DNA of 64,000 nucleotides, from assembly GCA_002269645.1 (NCBI GenBank), contig NIVC01001676.1, positions 186,001 through 250,000 of the forward strand, in the 5' to 3' direction. Each line of letters opens with the position of its first letter. Within the stretch, counting starts at the first letter, position 1. Shown in pieces: positions 1-23,009 of this stretch. Origin of the DNA: Macrostomum lignano. Its lineage: Eukaryota. The notes below the pieces were generated by a model, which saw only the letters and a list, made by a program, of their open reading frames with translations, was not told the origin of the DNA and ran no database searches. The position numbers and the translations under genes were made by a program.

Positions 1-40
1 GTTCAAATTTCAAATCAAGCTGCCACCCCAAAACCCGCAG

Positions 41-1032
41 TCGACATGGTGTTCATCGCCCTGTCGGCCCCCTACACGGTGGTGTACATGGGCCTCGGCG
101 TGCTCGTGCGCACAGAGGACGGGTCGACCCTGCAGAGCCTGCTGAACACCCTGCCGGCGGTGCAGACGGCCCTGCCGCTAGTCTGGTACCTGGGCAGCGT
201 GGCCCGCACCGGCCGCAACTGGGTGATTCTGATCGTGGCTCTGGACCGCTTCATGGTGGTGCAGAACCCCTTCCTGTCAAGCCGGCGCAGCAACCCGCGC
301 CGTTCCCGCCTGTACGCGAGCGGCGCCACGACGCTGGCGCTGGTGTACAATGTGCCGCTGCTGTTCGAGTTCACGCTGGCGCCCTCCGGATGCCCCCCGG
401 TGCTGAGCAGCAAAGCCATGCCCGAACGCTTCGGCGACGCGTACATGCTGGTGTACAAGAAGATCATGTACCTGGCCTTCCTGTCCGTAGGCCCCGTGCT
501 GTGGCTGCTGGTGTTCAACGTGCTGCTCATCCGCAGCCTGCTGGTGGCCTCCCGCATCCGGGCTGCCATCACGCGGGAGGCCACTCGGCGCACAGAGGAC
601 ACGAAGATGCTGGTGGTCATCATTGCAGTGTTCCTGGCCACCGAGACCCCCGGCGCCATCTGGCATGTGCTGCTGGACACTTCGTTCGAGAAAGGCACCT
701 GGTTCTATTCGTACTTCTACTCGCTGGCCACCCTGCTCACGCTGCTCAACTCGGCGGTGAACTTCTTCATCTACTGCGTCTGGAGCCGCAACTTCCGGCG
801 CAACATGATCTACATGATGAAGCGGCGGCCGAAACCGCCGGCCAGAGTTGTCCGGTTCGAGTCGGACTCGGACAGGAGCCAGACCAGGCAGATGCTGCTG
901 ATGACGCAGCGGCCAACTGGCCGGATCCAGGCGGCGCTGCTGAACCACTGCGACAACGGCGGCGGCAGCCTTCGCCGGCAACAGCAGCAGCAGGTCTGCG
1001 GAAGCGTTCGAAAGCAGCTGCGCTTTCAATGA
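41..1032 (+). CDS. Class A (rhodopsin-like) peptide GPCR, FMRFamide/sex-peptide-receptor/Srw-like; terminal exon covering TM2-TM7, upstream exon(s) outside the window
   Basis: Acceptor ccgcag|TC GAC ATG places the TM2 Asp just before the ORF. TM3 ALDRF (DRY-like), TM6 FLATETP, TM7 NSAVNFFIY; six hydrophobic segments; stop TGA 1030-1032; ATTAAA near 1139. Confidence 0.88.
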
Positions 1033-1054
1033 AGATCTCCGACGAGTATTTGAC

Positions 1055-1117
1055 TTGCCATGGACATTGCCATGGACATTGCCATGGACATTGCCATGGA
1101 CATTGCCATGGACATTG
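1055..1117. repeat. 12-bp tandem repeat (TTGCCATGGACA) x5 in the GPCR 3' UTR
   Basis: Five exact units read directly. Confidence 0.95.
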
Positions 1118-1537
1118 TTAAACAGCCGGTCAAGCACCATTAAAACACCAGTAAACACTTAAATATGAATTTTGTACAGATTTTGTTCCGCCATTGACTA
1201 ACTGTGTACTAACCGTTGCCGATTCTGCTTAACTTGCACAGTGAATGACGGGGAATGCGCTAGCCCACTCAACTAGCAATCCTCCTTAGATGTCTTCATT
1301 AGAATTCCCATAAAAGATCAAACAAGAAGTTAGGAAGTTATCAAATTTCAATTTAGTTTACCAGTTTCAAAAATTTCAAAAAAAATTTTTGAGTTTGCTA
1401 CGCGCACTCGTGACGAGTTAATGAGACTCAACACTTAGTGTCAATCCATCATTAAAGTAATTATTGCTGTTCCGTGAAATTTTTCGAAATCTTTCACATG
1501 TTGCTTCACGCTTTGCTCTGTTGTTGTGTCCGGTGTA

Positions 1538-1987
1538 TTGAGAGTGTACATTGAGAGTGTACATTGAAAGTGTACATTGAGAGTGTACATTGAGAGTGTA
1601 CATTGAGAGTGTACATTGAAAGTGTACATTGAGAGTGTACATTGAGAGTGTACATTGAGAGTGTACATTGAGAGTGTACATTGAAAGTGTACATTGAGAT
1701 TGTACATTGAGAGTGTACATTGAGAGTGTACATTGAGAGTGTACATTGAAAGTGTACATTGAGAGTGTACATTGAAAGTGTACATTGAAAGTGTACATTG
1801 AGAGTGTACATTGAGAGTGTACATTGAGAGTGTACATTGAAAGTGTACATTGAAAGTGTACATTAAGATTGTACATTGAGAGTGTACATTGAGAGTGTAC
1901 ATTGAGAGTGTACATTGAAAGTGTACATTGAGAGTGTACATTGAAAGTGTACATTGAAAGTGTACATTGAGAGTGTACATTGAGAGT
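1538..1987. repeat. 13-bp minisatellite (GAGAGTGTACATT / GAAAGTGTACATT), about 34 units
   Basis: TGTACA recurs every 13 bp; explains the MYTLNVHSQCTLS repeat ORFs. Confidence 0.95.
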
Positions 1988-3058
1988 AAATCGAGAGTTT
2001 ACATAGGGGCCATTGAGCGATCCAGCAAATAAAGGCCAATGTATACAATGTAAATATTTTAATATCAGTTACAATATTTTGTGAAGAATGTCTAGTAGAT
2101 CTATGCATCTATGCACTATTGTGTCCTAGTGGTCCTTGTATTGTGTAATGAGTATTACAATTTTCACAAATATTATATTACAATTGCAATGTTGTAAGAT
2201 ACTATATGGTGTAACCTAACCTGATGCGCACGGTTCAAGGACCACTAGAATATTATTAACAACTTTGCCTTTATCGAAAAATTTCAACATGGGAATTCAA
2301 GCGTTATTCTAGCAGTCCTTGACCACCGAGTTCTTGGCAGCGAACGCCCACCAACGCCTCTGCAGATTGTCTGTTGTGTGGAAAATTTCATGTATAATTA
2401 AATTGAGCAAAATAAAGGCAAACTTGCATCGTCGATAATTCAAAAAATTTTTCGGCTCGACTTTTCTCGCACACAGCAAAAATTCGCCAATTCTCAGGGG
2501 TGAACACAATAATCAAGAATTCTCTCCACCAGACTGGAGCTGCACTTCTAGCTTGCATTTGGCCAAACACAGCCAGCTCAGGAGGGATTTAATGAAATTA
2601 CCCCAACAGTCAGTCCAACCCTCTCGCTAGCAATCCTGTCTTTTCAAGCAACCCCAGATAAGTTTCTCCAGAAAAAACGCAAAAAGGGAAAACTACAGCT
2701 TAGCGGATTACTGACTGGATGCGTTTTCCCGGCTGAATTCCAATGCGCTGATAAAGTACATCCAGTCAGGACTGCATGTCTGGCTGAACAAACTATCAAA
2801 CATCAAAGTTATTCTACGCTTGCAACAACTACAACTACAAAGATATTGTAGAGTTAAGGGTTTGCGTTTAGTGTGCTTACAGACCTCCTGTATATTTTAT
2901 ATAAACTGTTTGCGTGCTTTTATTTGTTGATAAAATTATTGTAAATTATTGATATGAGGCTAACCGATATCTCAAAAATATAGAAATATTTGAAGTTTAT
3001 TTTGAATATATTTGAATATATACTTTGAAGATGTCCTTGAGAGTCGAGGGTCTTGTGT

Positions 3059-4245
3059 GTCCTTGAGCTGACCGAAATCAGAGAGTCAGTCGAGGGTCTA
3101 GGATGTCCTTGAGCTGACCGGATCCAGAGAGTCAGTCGAGGGTCTAGGATGTCCTTGAGCTGACCGAAATCAGAGAGTCAGTCGAGGGTCTAGGATGTCC
3201 TTGAGCTGACCGGATCCAGAGAGTCAGTCGAGGGTCTAGGATGTCCTTGAGCTGACCGAAATCAGAGAGTCAGTCGAGGGTCTAGGATGTCCTTGAGCTG
3301 ACCGGATCCAGAGAGTCAGTCGAGGGTCTAGGATGTCCTTGAGCTGACCGGATCCAGAAAGTCAGTCGAGGGTCTAGGATGTCCTTGAGCTGACCGGATC
3401 CAGAGAGTCAGTCGAGGGTCTAGGATGTCCTTGAGCTGACCGGATCCAGAGAGTCAGTCGAGGGTCTAGGATGTCCTTGAGCTGACCGAAATCAGAGAGT
3501 CAGTCGAGGGTCTAGGATGTCCTTGAGCTGACCGGATCCAGAGAGTCAGTCGAGGGTCTAGGATGGCCTTGAGCTGACCGGATCCAGAGAGTCAGTCGAG
3601 GGTCTAGGATGTCCTTGAGCTGACCGGATCCAGAGAGTCAGTCGAGGGTCTAGGATGTCCTTGAGCTGACCGGATCCAGAGAGTCAGTCGAGGGTCTAGG
3701 ATGTCCTTGAGCTGACCGAAATCAGAGAGTCAGTCGAGGGTCTAGGATGTCCTTGAGCTGACCGGATCCAGAGAGTCAGTCGAGGGTCTAGGATGGCCTT
3801 GAGCTGACCGGATCCAGAGAGTCAGTCGAGGGTCTAGGATGTCCTTGAGCTGACCGGATCCAGAGAGTCAGTCGAGGGTCTAGGATGTCCTTGAGCTGAC
3901 CGAAATCAGAGAGTCAGTCGAGGGTCTAGGATGTCCTTGAGCTGACCGGATCCAGAGAGTCAGTCGAGGGTCTAGGATGGCCTTGAGCTGACCGGATCCA
4001 GAGAGTCAGTCGAGGGTCTAGGATGTCCTTGAGCTGACCGGATCCAGAGAGTCAGTCGAGGGTCTAGGATGTCCTTGAGCTGACCGGATCCAGAGAGTCA
4101 GTCGAGGGTCTAGGATGTCCTTGAGCTGACCGGATCCAGAGAGTCAGTCGAGGGTCTAGGATGTCCTTGAGCTGACCGGATCCAGAGAGTCAGTCGAGGG
4201 TCTAGGATGTCCTTGAGCTGACCGGATCCAGAGAGTCAGTCGAGA
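3059..4245. repeat. 46-bp minisatellite, about 25 units
   Basis: Unit GAGAGTCAGTCGAGGGTCTAGGATGTCCTTGAGCTGACCGGATCCA starts at 3081, 3127, 3173 and so on, with GAAATCA and ATGGCC variants. Confidence 0.97.
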
Positions 4246-4794
4246 ATCCTTTCAAAGCCTCATTGTCAGTCACGTCCCTTTCTCATGCATTGGACGATGA
4301 GCCTGCGCGAGAACTACAGTTAATTTTCCATAAACACTTGAGCAGAACCCCCCGCGGTTTTGAGCTCAAATCCCATTTCTCAATCCTCGACTTCAATCCT
4401 AGCTGAAGTCTGTTTGAGTCAAGGGTGGCTGGACGGGGATTCGGGAGCGCGGCCTCTCATCCTCCCCACCCCACCGCTAATCCGCTGGGAAAGCGCCGCC
4501 GCGCAGGAGGGGCGGCGAAATCTGAGAGATGAGGAATGGAGCAGGAAGCTGAACAAATCATTCATCCTGGGAGCCCCCCCCCCGGCCCGGGGCCACGGCG
4601 AATGATTTCTGCTTCTACTTGCTGCCAGCTGCTTCAACTCTGCTGTTCGAAAGCTGCAATGCACTTTTGATTGTGAAATTATAACAAAAATATATGAAAT
4701 TTTTGACCTTGTCTCGAATCTTATTCTCAAAGTCTCAAATCTCATTTTTAGTTTAAAATCTCTTTATTAGCCTCAAATCTCATTCTTAGCCTCG

Positions 4795-4990
4795 AATCTT
4801 ATTCTCAAAGTCTCAAATCTCATTCTCAAAGTCTCAAATCTCATTCTCAAAGTCTCAAATCTCATTCTCAAAGTCTCAAATCTCATTCTCAAAGTCTCAA
4901 ATCTCATTCTCAAAGTCTCAAATCTCATTCTCAAAGTCTCAAATCTCATTCTCAAAGTCTCAAATCTCATTCTCAAAGTCTCAAATCTCT
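4795..4990. repeat. 21-bp minisatellite (TCTCATTCTCAAAGTCTCAAA) with degenerate flanks to about 4712 and 5055
   Basis: Direct repeats; gives the MRFETLR repeat ORF. Confidence 0.93.
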
Positions 4991-5104
4991 TTTTTAGTCT
5001 AAAATCTCATTATTAGTTTCACATCTCCTTCTTAGCCTTAAATCTCATTCTCAAACTCTTTAAGTCAAAGAATGTTCAGCCCAATCAGCATAAAATGAGT
5101 CAGT

Positions 5105-5110
5105 TTTATT
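5105..5110 (-). promoter_or_regulatory. Probable polyadenylation signal (AATAAA) of the ACE gene
   Basis: TTTATT on the + strand about 80 nt past the ACE stop codon. Confidence 0.55.
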
Positions 5111-5191
5111 GTCTCTCGTGATCGATACAACAAATCAGATTGGAAGTAGAAGTTTTTCGTCAAACGAGACCGCGGTAGCTAAGCAGGAAGG

Positions 5192-17413
<12,222 letters not shown>

Positions 17414-18227
17414 TGGGATTGATTGATAGAGTTCAGGTAGTGGTGCTGCTCAGGCGGAGCTCAACACAGCCGCTCGATGCACACGGAGAAGCTTAATAAA
17501 TATGCCCACCGAATCGCCACAGCTACACCTTATCTACTTGCCCCGTTTCTCTCGCATGCGCTTTTGGTTGGCAAACTGCGCGCATAGCTAACAATCTGGT
17601 TGCCATTGGCTACCGGTGTAAACAGGTGCAATAAACAAGCCTCAAGTAGCGCGGCTTCCACGCGCAATTCTTATCAAAAATTACGCGACAGATTTTGGAT
17701 TGAAATCTGTCGCTGCTTGTGACCAACTGCGCCGTATGGAGAGCGAACTCGAAGTGGTGTCTGATAAGATGCTCTAGCTTTAGGCTACTGCATGCTCGAC
17801 AGCCGCGCGTGGCATTGAGAGCAATTTAAAATGTTCGTCATGGACACTTTTGTGGGCGTTATCTATCAGAGAATCCGCTGCAGATGGACTGGGTTCACTG
17901 CTAATGGGAGAATGGGGCAACGATCTAGCGTACGAATTTTCAAGTCTTTTCTAGCCAAGCTTGACGAGACACTTTATTTTTTCTCGATGTCAACTGAATT
18001 CAATAGCTGTTCGACAATACGTCCCATTGCGGCCTGCACTTAAACAGGCCTGTCACAATAGTTAGACAATCCGATGAGGTACCAGCTTTATTGCAGAATC
18101 TACCGGCAAAAAATGTAAGTTTTTATTCTAAAATGTTTGCGTAAATTATCAAGGACCTCTGCGATATAGTTCCATGGATAGAGCCAAGTTTCCGGTCCCA
18201 CTTAAGTCTCACATTGTCTGTCTCTCA

Positions 18228-19007
18228 TTAATCACTGCGGACCGAACGGCCCTCCGTAGACAGGAACTTCTCCATTGCGTACTTGCACAGCGCCAGACAC
18301 ACCGAGGCGCTGGGCGGTTCAATCACAGCCACCACTGGGCCATCGAACAACTCGCCGTCAGCGTCATGGAACAGACTTGCAGCTTCAACCACAGCTGCCT
18401 TGGACAAGGCTGGGAGATCGGCGACGGCAGACCGCTGCTCCGAATCCGCCAGGAAGACCAGCCAGCAGCGAGGATGGTCGGAGCCCGGAGCCGACAGGGC
18501 TTGACAAATGGCTTCAACACCCCGGCAGACGGCGACATCCGCACTGGCTAGGTTGTCGCTGAGCTCGACGCTTAACTGTCCTTCGCTGTTGTGGACGACA
18601 TAGCCGCCAAAAGAGGCCACTCGGAATGGCGAAGTCTTCGCGAATCGGCGCATGAGGCCGTCAAGACAGGCAGCCTCGAACTGCCGCAGCAGCGGCGGCA
18701 GCGGGGCCACCGTCAGGACGCGACCGCTGTCGCAGTCGCACAGGACGACAACGCCGTCGATTTGGTGACCCGATTCGAGATTGACGGTTTGCGTTACCGA
18801 GCCGGCCAGGCCGTCCTCACGGCGCACCATCTGGGAGGGCAGCTGCACCGCGCAGGCCTGGATGGTGGCGGACAAAAGTCGCTGAACAGACGGCATGGCG
18901 ACATCGCCGGACATCACCGGACAGCAGGCAGACAGCAGCACGGCGCGTAGCTCCTCGGCTCTGGCCAGCCGCTGCAGCAGCGCCTCGTCGAGGAACAGAG
19001 GACCAGA
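18228..19007 (-). CDS. Unidentified 259-codon coding exon (last exon of an unknown gene, or a trans-spliced single-exon gene)
   Basis: Acceptor ctgccccgcag|TCT GGT; GC-rich codon usage like neighbouring genes; open to TAA at 18228; AATAAA on the minus strand near 18087. No family motif recognised. Confidence 0.65.
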   Translation of the reverse strand, partial: SGPLFLDEALLQRLARAEELRAVLLSACCPVMSGDVAMPSVQRLLSATIQACAVQLPSQMVRREDGLAGSVTQTVNLESGHQIDGVVVLCDCDSGRVLTVAPLPPLLRQFEAACLDGLMRRFAKTSPFRVASFGGYVVHNSEGQLSVELSDNLASADVAVCRGVEAICQALSAPGSDHPRCWLVFLADSEQRSAVADLPALSKAAVVEAASLFHDADGELFDGPVVAVIEPPSASVCLALCKYAMEKFLSTEGRSVRSD

Positions 19008-19029
19008 CTGCGGGGCAGTCGGGTGCGGC

Positions 19030-19665
19030 GCTGAGGGATTATGTGATGAGGAACTGAGGGATTCTGTGATGAGGAACTGAGGGATTCTGTGATGAGGAAC
19101 TGAGGGATTCTGTGATGAGGAACTGAGGGATTCTGTAATGAGTAACTGAGGGATTCTGTAATGAGGAACTGAGGGATTCTGTGATGAGGAACTGAGGGAT
19201 TCTGTAATGAGTAACTGAGGGATTCTGTAATGAGGAACTGAGGGATTCTGTGATGAGGAACTGAGGGATTCTGTGATGAGGAACTGAGGGATTCTGTGAT
19301 GAGGAACTGAGGGATTCTGTGATGAGGAACTGAGGGATTCTGTGATGAGGAACTGAGGGATTCTGTGATGAGGAACTGAGGGATTCTGTGATGAGGAACT
19401 GAGGGATTCTGTGATGAGGAACTGAGGGATTCTGTAATGAGGAACTGAGGGATTCTGTAATGAGGAACTGAGGGATTCTGTGATGAGAAACTGAGGGATT
19501 CTGTGATGAGGAACTGAGGGATTCTGTGATGAGGAACTGAGGGATTCTGTGATGAGGAACTGAATGATTCTGTGACCAAGGAACAAAGGGATTCTGTGAT
19601 GAGGTGACATATAATGTGATGAGGAACTGAGGGATTCTGTGATGAGGAATTGAGGGATTCCGTGA
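19030..19665. repeat. 23-bp minisatellite (GAGGAACTGAGGGATTCTGTGAT), about 27 units
   Basis: Direct repeats ending about 25 nt before the acceptor of the unidentified exon. Confidence 0.95.
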
Positions 19666-20187
19666 CGGGACACCGAGACAGCCAAGGCTTTTATGAAATT
19701 CCCATCTTAAAAGTTCCAGTGCATGACTGCTTACTGCAAATAGTATACAGTAGTAGCAAAGCAATTTTTCGAAAGTCATTCAGTCAACAAATAATTATCT
19801 GAAAATTGATAATCAAAAGTTCGTAATGAATCAATCAATGAATTAAAAAAATCAGTATATTTTGATAATATAAAAATACCAAAGCGGAAGATATTCAATG
19901 ATAAACGCAGTGAATCAAAGACAACTCCAAACTCAAAGATCAACTCTAGAAAAAAGGAAGCTAATGGATTTAAAAATTGCTCAACATCTTTGGCATATTG
20001 GCTAGACTTTTCGCGATAAAACTACCATGATAAATATATAATGAACGAATAAAATTGAAATTTAAAATATGAATAAATTCAATTCATGCTACTGCCGTTA
20101 GAGCACTGTAATTTGACTTGTCCAAAAAAATAGTTGTTTAGCTTAATGGAAGCTGTCAGAATCTGGTCAAAAGATTGCAATTTTTCA

Positions 20188-22510
20188 TTAATCCTTCCTC
20201 AGCAGCTCAAACCCGCTGCTCACATCCGGCGGGTTCATCCAGTTTTCAGATGACCAGCTGGTGCCAGGGGGCAGGTCGATCACGTGCCAGGTGTTACTGT
20301 CCCTGGACTTCTGGCTGCCGTTCTCCTTGCTCATATGCAGCACGAAGCCGTCAATCAGCACCAGGGAGCCGCGCTTCACCTGCGAGTTTGGCACAAATAC
20401 TGCGGATGTAGGGCGGTACAAAGACTGAGGATGTAGGGGCGGCACAAAGACTGGGGATGTAGTGGGGGAACAAAGACCGAGGTTCTACGAAGTGCACCAC
20501 AAAGGCGACACAAAGACTGAGGATATAGGGGCGGTACAAAGACTCAGGATGTAGGGCGGCACAAAGACTGAGGATGTGGTGGCGGAACAAAGACCGAGGT
20601 TCTCTGAATTGCACCACAAAGGCGCCACAAAGACTCAGGATGAGAGGGCATTACAATGACTGAGGATGTAGTGGCGGAACAAAGACCGAGGTTCTATGAA
20701 GTGCACCACAAAGGCGACACAAAGACTAGTGACATTACCAGGTGCCGCAAGACCCTCACCTCGCAAGGCACGTATCTCTCAATGGGCACGATCTCGTTGG
20801 GATCTCTGCCAACGAAAGTCATGCTAACCCGGCCGTCCTGGCCGATCTCCCGCTTGAACCGGCGTCCGTCCACCAGTCCGGAGCGGTGCGAGCCGGGCAC
20901 GAACCACAGGCAGCCGTTCTCCTGCGTGGTGTCCTCCAGCGGGATCCAGTAGCCAATCAGGTGCGGCTCCGTCGGCTCCGTCCACAGGAAGGTGGCGTCC
21001 TGATGCGAGTCGACGCAACCGCCGATGCGCGGCTGCTTGAAGATGTACATGCTCTGGCAGATGCGGGGCACCTGCGGAGAGTCGGGACAGACAACAATAT
21101 GTCTGAAGAAGCTTTGAGAAGGCAAGAAAAAAGCTGGCATCAATAGAGAAGGACAAACAGAAGCTAGCAAAGCAGAAGCCGGACTATGCATTCCGAAACA
21201 ACACGGCTCAGGGAAAGTCTTATGGCTGGCAGTGGTTTTCGACTGAGGAACACAGTCAGTATTCTCGCTCAATCGCAAATCATCCAGTGCCGTCACGTAG
21301 GCAACCGTTTCGTCAAATGACGACAATCGTCCTGATGTTTATCAGTAGACATGGTCAAATTATTCAAGATCTGCAATCTGCAACAAGAAGATTCCGCAAA
21401 TTTCGCTTATTCCGACGTTTACTAGTTTACTAAGATGTCTCGAGTACGCGCAAGATCAGCGTGAGAGTTTCAGGGTTCGAATGCGCGGCAAGATGACAAT
21501 AACTTGGATTTCTGGTCTGACGCTTTAACATTACCAGGTTGAACATGGCTACCTCGCCAGGCACTGCTTCTTCCGAGGCTACCTCGAGAGTTAACTTTGC
21601 CCTTTTTGCGAGTACGACAATGAAGACGCTCAGCACTTTGTTTGTCTCTGCCCTTTCTTTACCAGAAACCGGCTAAAGCTACGAGCTACCTCGGGCCAAA
21701 CCCGTCCATTGACGAGGTCTGCCAGCCCGACAGCATCCCACGGCTCATCCAGTTCCTTCGGGCGACAAGACGAGCCACTTTCTTCCCCACGGAAGATCCC
21801 GCTGCAGAACGAACCGGCGGACCACCCTGACCGGCCCCACGCATCTGCCTGTCTGCGGGCCTTCAGGGGCTGGCGGAATGGGCGACCCTCGCCTCCCCGC
21901 TGTGTCTACGGACCACCCTGCAGCTAAGTCAAGTAAGTCAACACGCCTGATGATGAAAATGCCCGTCAAGATTTACACCCTGTGTGCGTGCCTCGTGCAT
22001 GTTTAGGGGTCAGCGGGATGGGCATAATTACTGACCAGCCTCTTCTTTGGCTGCTTGCCAACTGTCCGAAAAAAGCACAAAACACAGAGTATTCACAGGA
22101 CTCACCTGGAATCCGAGATCCCTACTAATAGCCTGAGCCCTGGGATCAAAGGTGACGCGCCGGAAGCCGGGACACTCCACATGCAGGTAGTGGCCCAGCT
22201 TGTTGATGCACTGGTTGCGAGGAGCCGTCAGCTCGCCCTTGTCGTTGAAGGCGTCCTTCTCAAAGAAGAAGGCCACCTTGTTCCAGCTGTCGAAGAAGTA
22301 CTGCTGGGAGCGGTAGCTCTGCTCGGCCTCGTTGTCGCGGTTCTTGGCGTCAAAGATGGTCCGGTGCTCGTCCAGGTTGAACGTGGCAGTCAGCTGGTGG
22401 CACTCTTTACGGAGCTCTTCGCACTGCTCAGGACTGAGGAAGCTGTCAATCACCAGGTAGCCATTGTCAGCATAGAACTGGCGCTGCTCAGGGGTCAGGT
22501 AGCTTTGCAT
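20188..22510 (-). CDS. PHYHD1: Phytanoyl-CoA dioxygenase domain-containing protein 1-like, copy a, 302 aa; exons 22510-22106, 21071-20760, 20379-20188
   Basis: F..NGYLVI, YFFDSWNKVAFFFE, INKLGHYLH, QSMYIFKQP.IGG.V..HQDATFL (HxD), GYWIPLED.T.ENGCLWFVPGSH, distal His in VLH, W..ENW; both introns phase 0 GT-AG. Confidence 0.93.
20400..20725. repeat. Degenerate about 21-bp repeats (ACAAAGACTGAGGATGTAGGGCGG) in PHYHD1-a intron 2
   Basis: Direct imperfect repeats; same family at 25463-25690. Confidence 0.8.
21480..21940 (+). mobile_element. 5'-truncated non-LTR retrotransposon (LINE) 3' end in PHYHD1-a intron 1
   Basis: CPFCEYDNEDAQHFVCLC (C-X2-C-X8-H-X4-C) at 21598-21651, then LIQFLRAT-type C-terminus in another frame and an AAGTCAAGTAAGTCAA tail. 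Confidence 0.5.
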
Positions 22511-23009
22511 TGCGCGCTGGAAAGAACACGAATTTATGTGCCTCTTCCAACTTTATACAGACAGAAAATCTGTACACCTGTTTAAAATTGAGTGTCACTG
22601 TTACCTTGACGGGCATGGTGGGATCAGGTCCGGCCCGCTACGGGACTGTTAGGTAAGAACAGTGACCTCTGTGTAACTGTACAATGTGACCCTCGATATG
22701 ACCCTAAAAATCTAAACTGTACTGTGACCGTTGTGACGTGTGACAAGTGAAAGTGACCTCCTCAAAGTGAGCGTCCTGTGCAAATCTGGGCTCAGTGTCG
22801 GCGAAAACTAAAAAAACAGATTTGTACTCGTAGCAAGTGTTGCTTTATATTTTATCGTGGCACGCCTATCCAACATCAACTCAGGCGGCTGAATCACTGT
22901 CTCTCGAGGCCTCATTCTGTGCGTCTTTAGACGGGCCTTTCTATGGATCTTCCGACAAAACCTCCGGAGGGTCATCTAACGGATATTACAGGCGTACGTC
23001 GGATCGTTC

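Noticed and set aside
72-1158. Long antisense and alternate-frame ORFs over the GPCR exon
   Set aside because: Shadow ORFs expected from GC-rich codon usage; only the + frame from 46 has GPCR motifs.
3059-4245. 46-bp array as a CRISPR array or hammerhead-ribozyme satellite
   Set aside because: No unique spacers or cas genes; neither strand has the CUGAnGA...GAAA core in the required arrangement.
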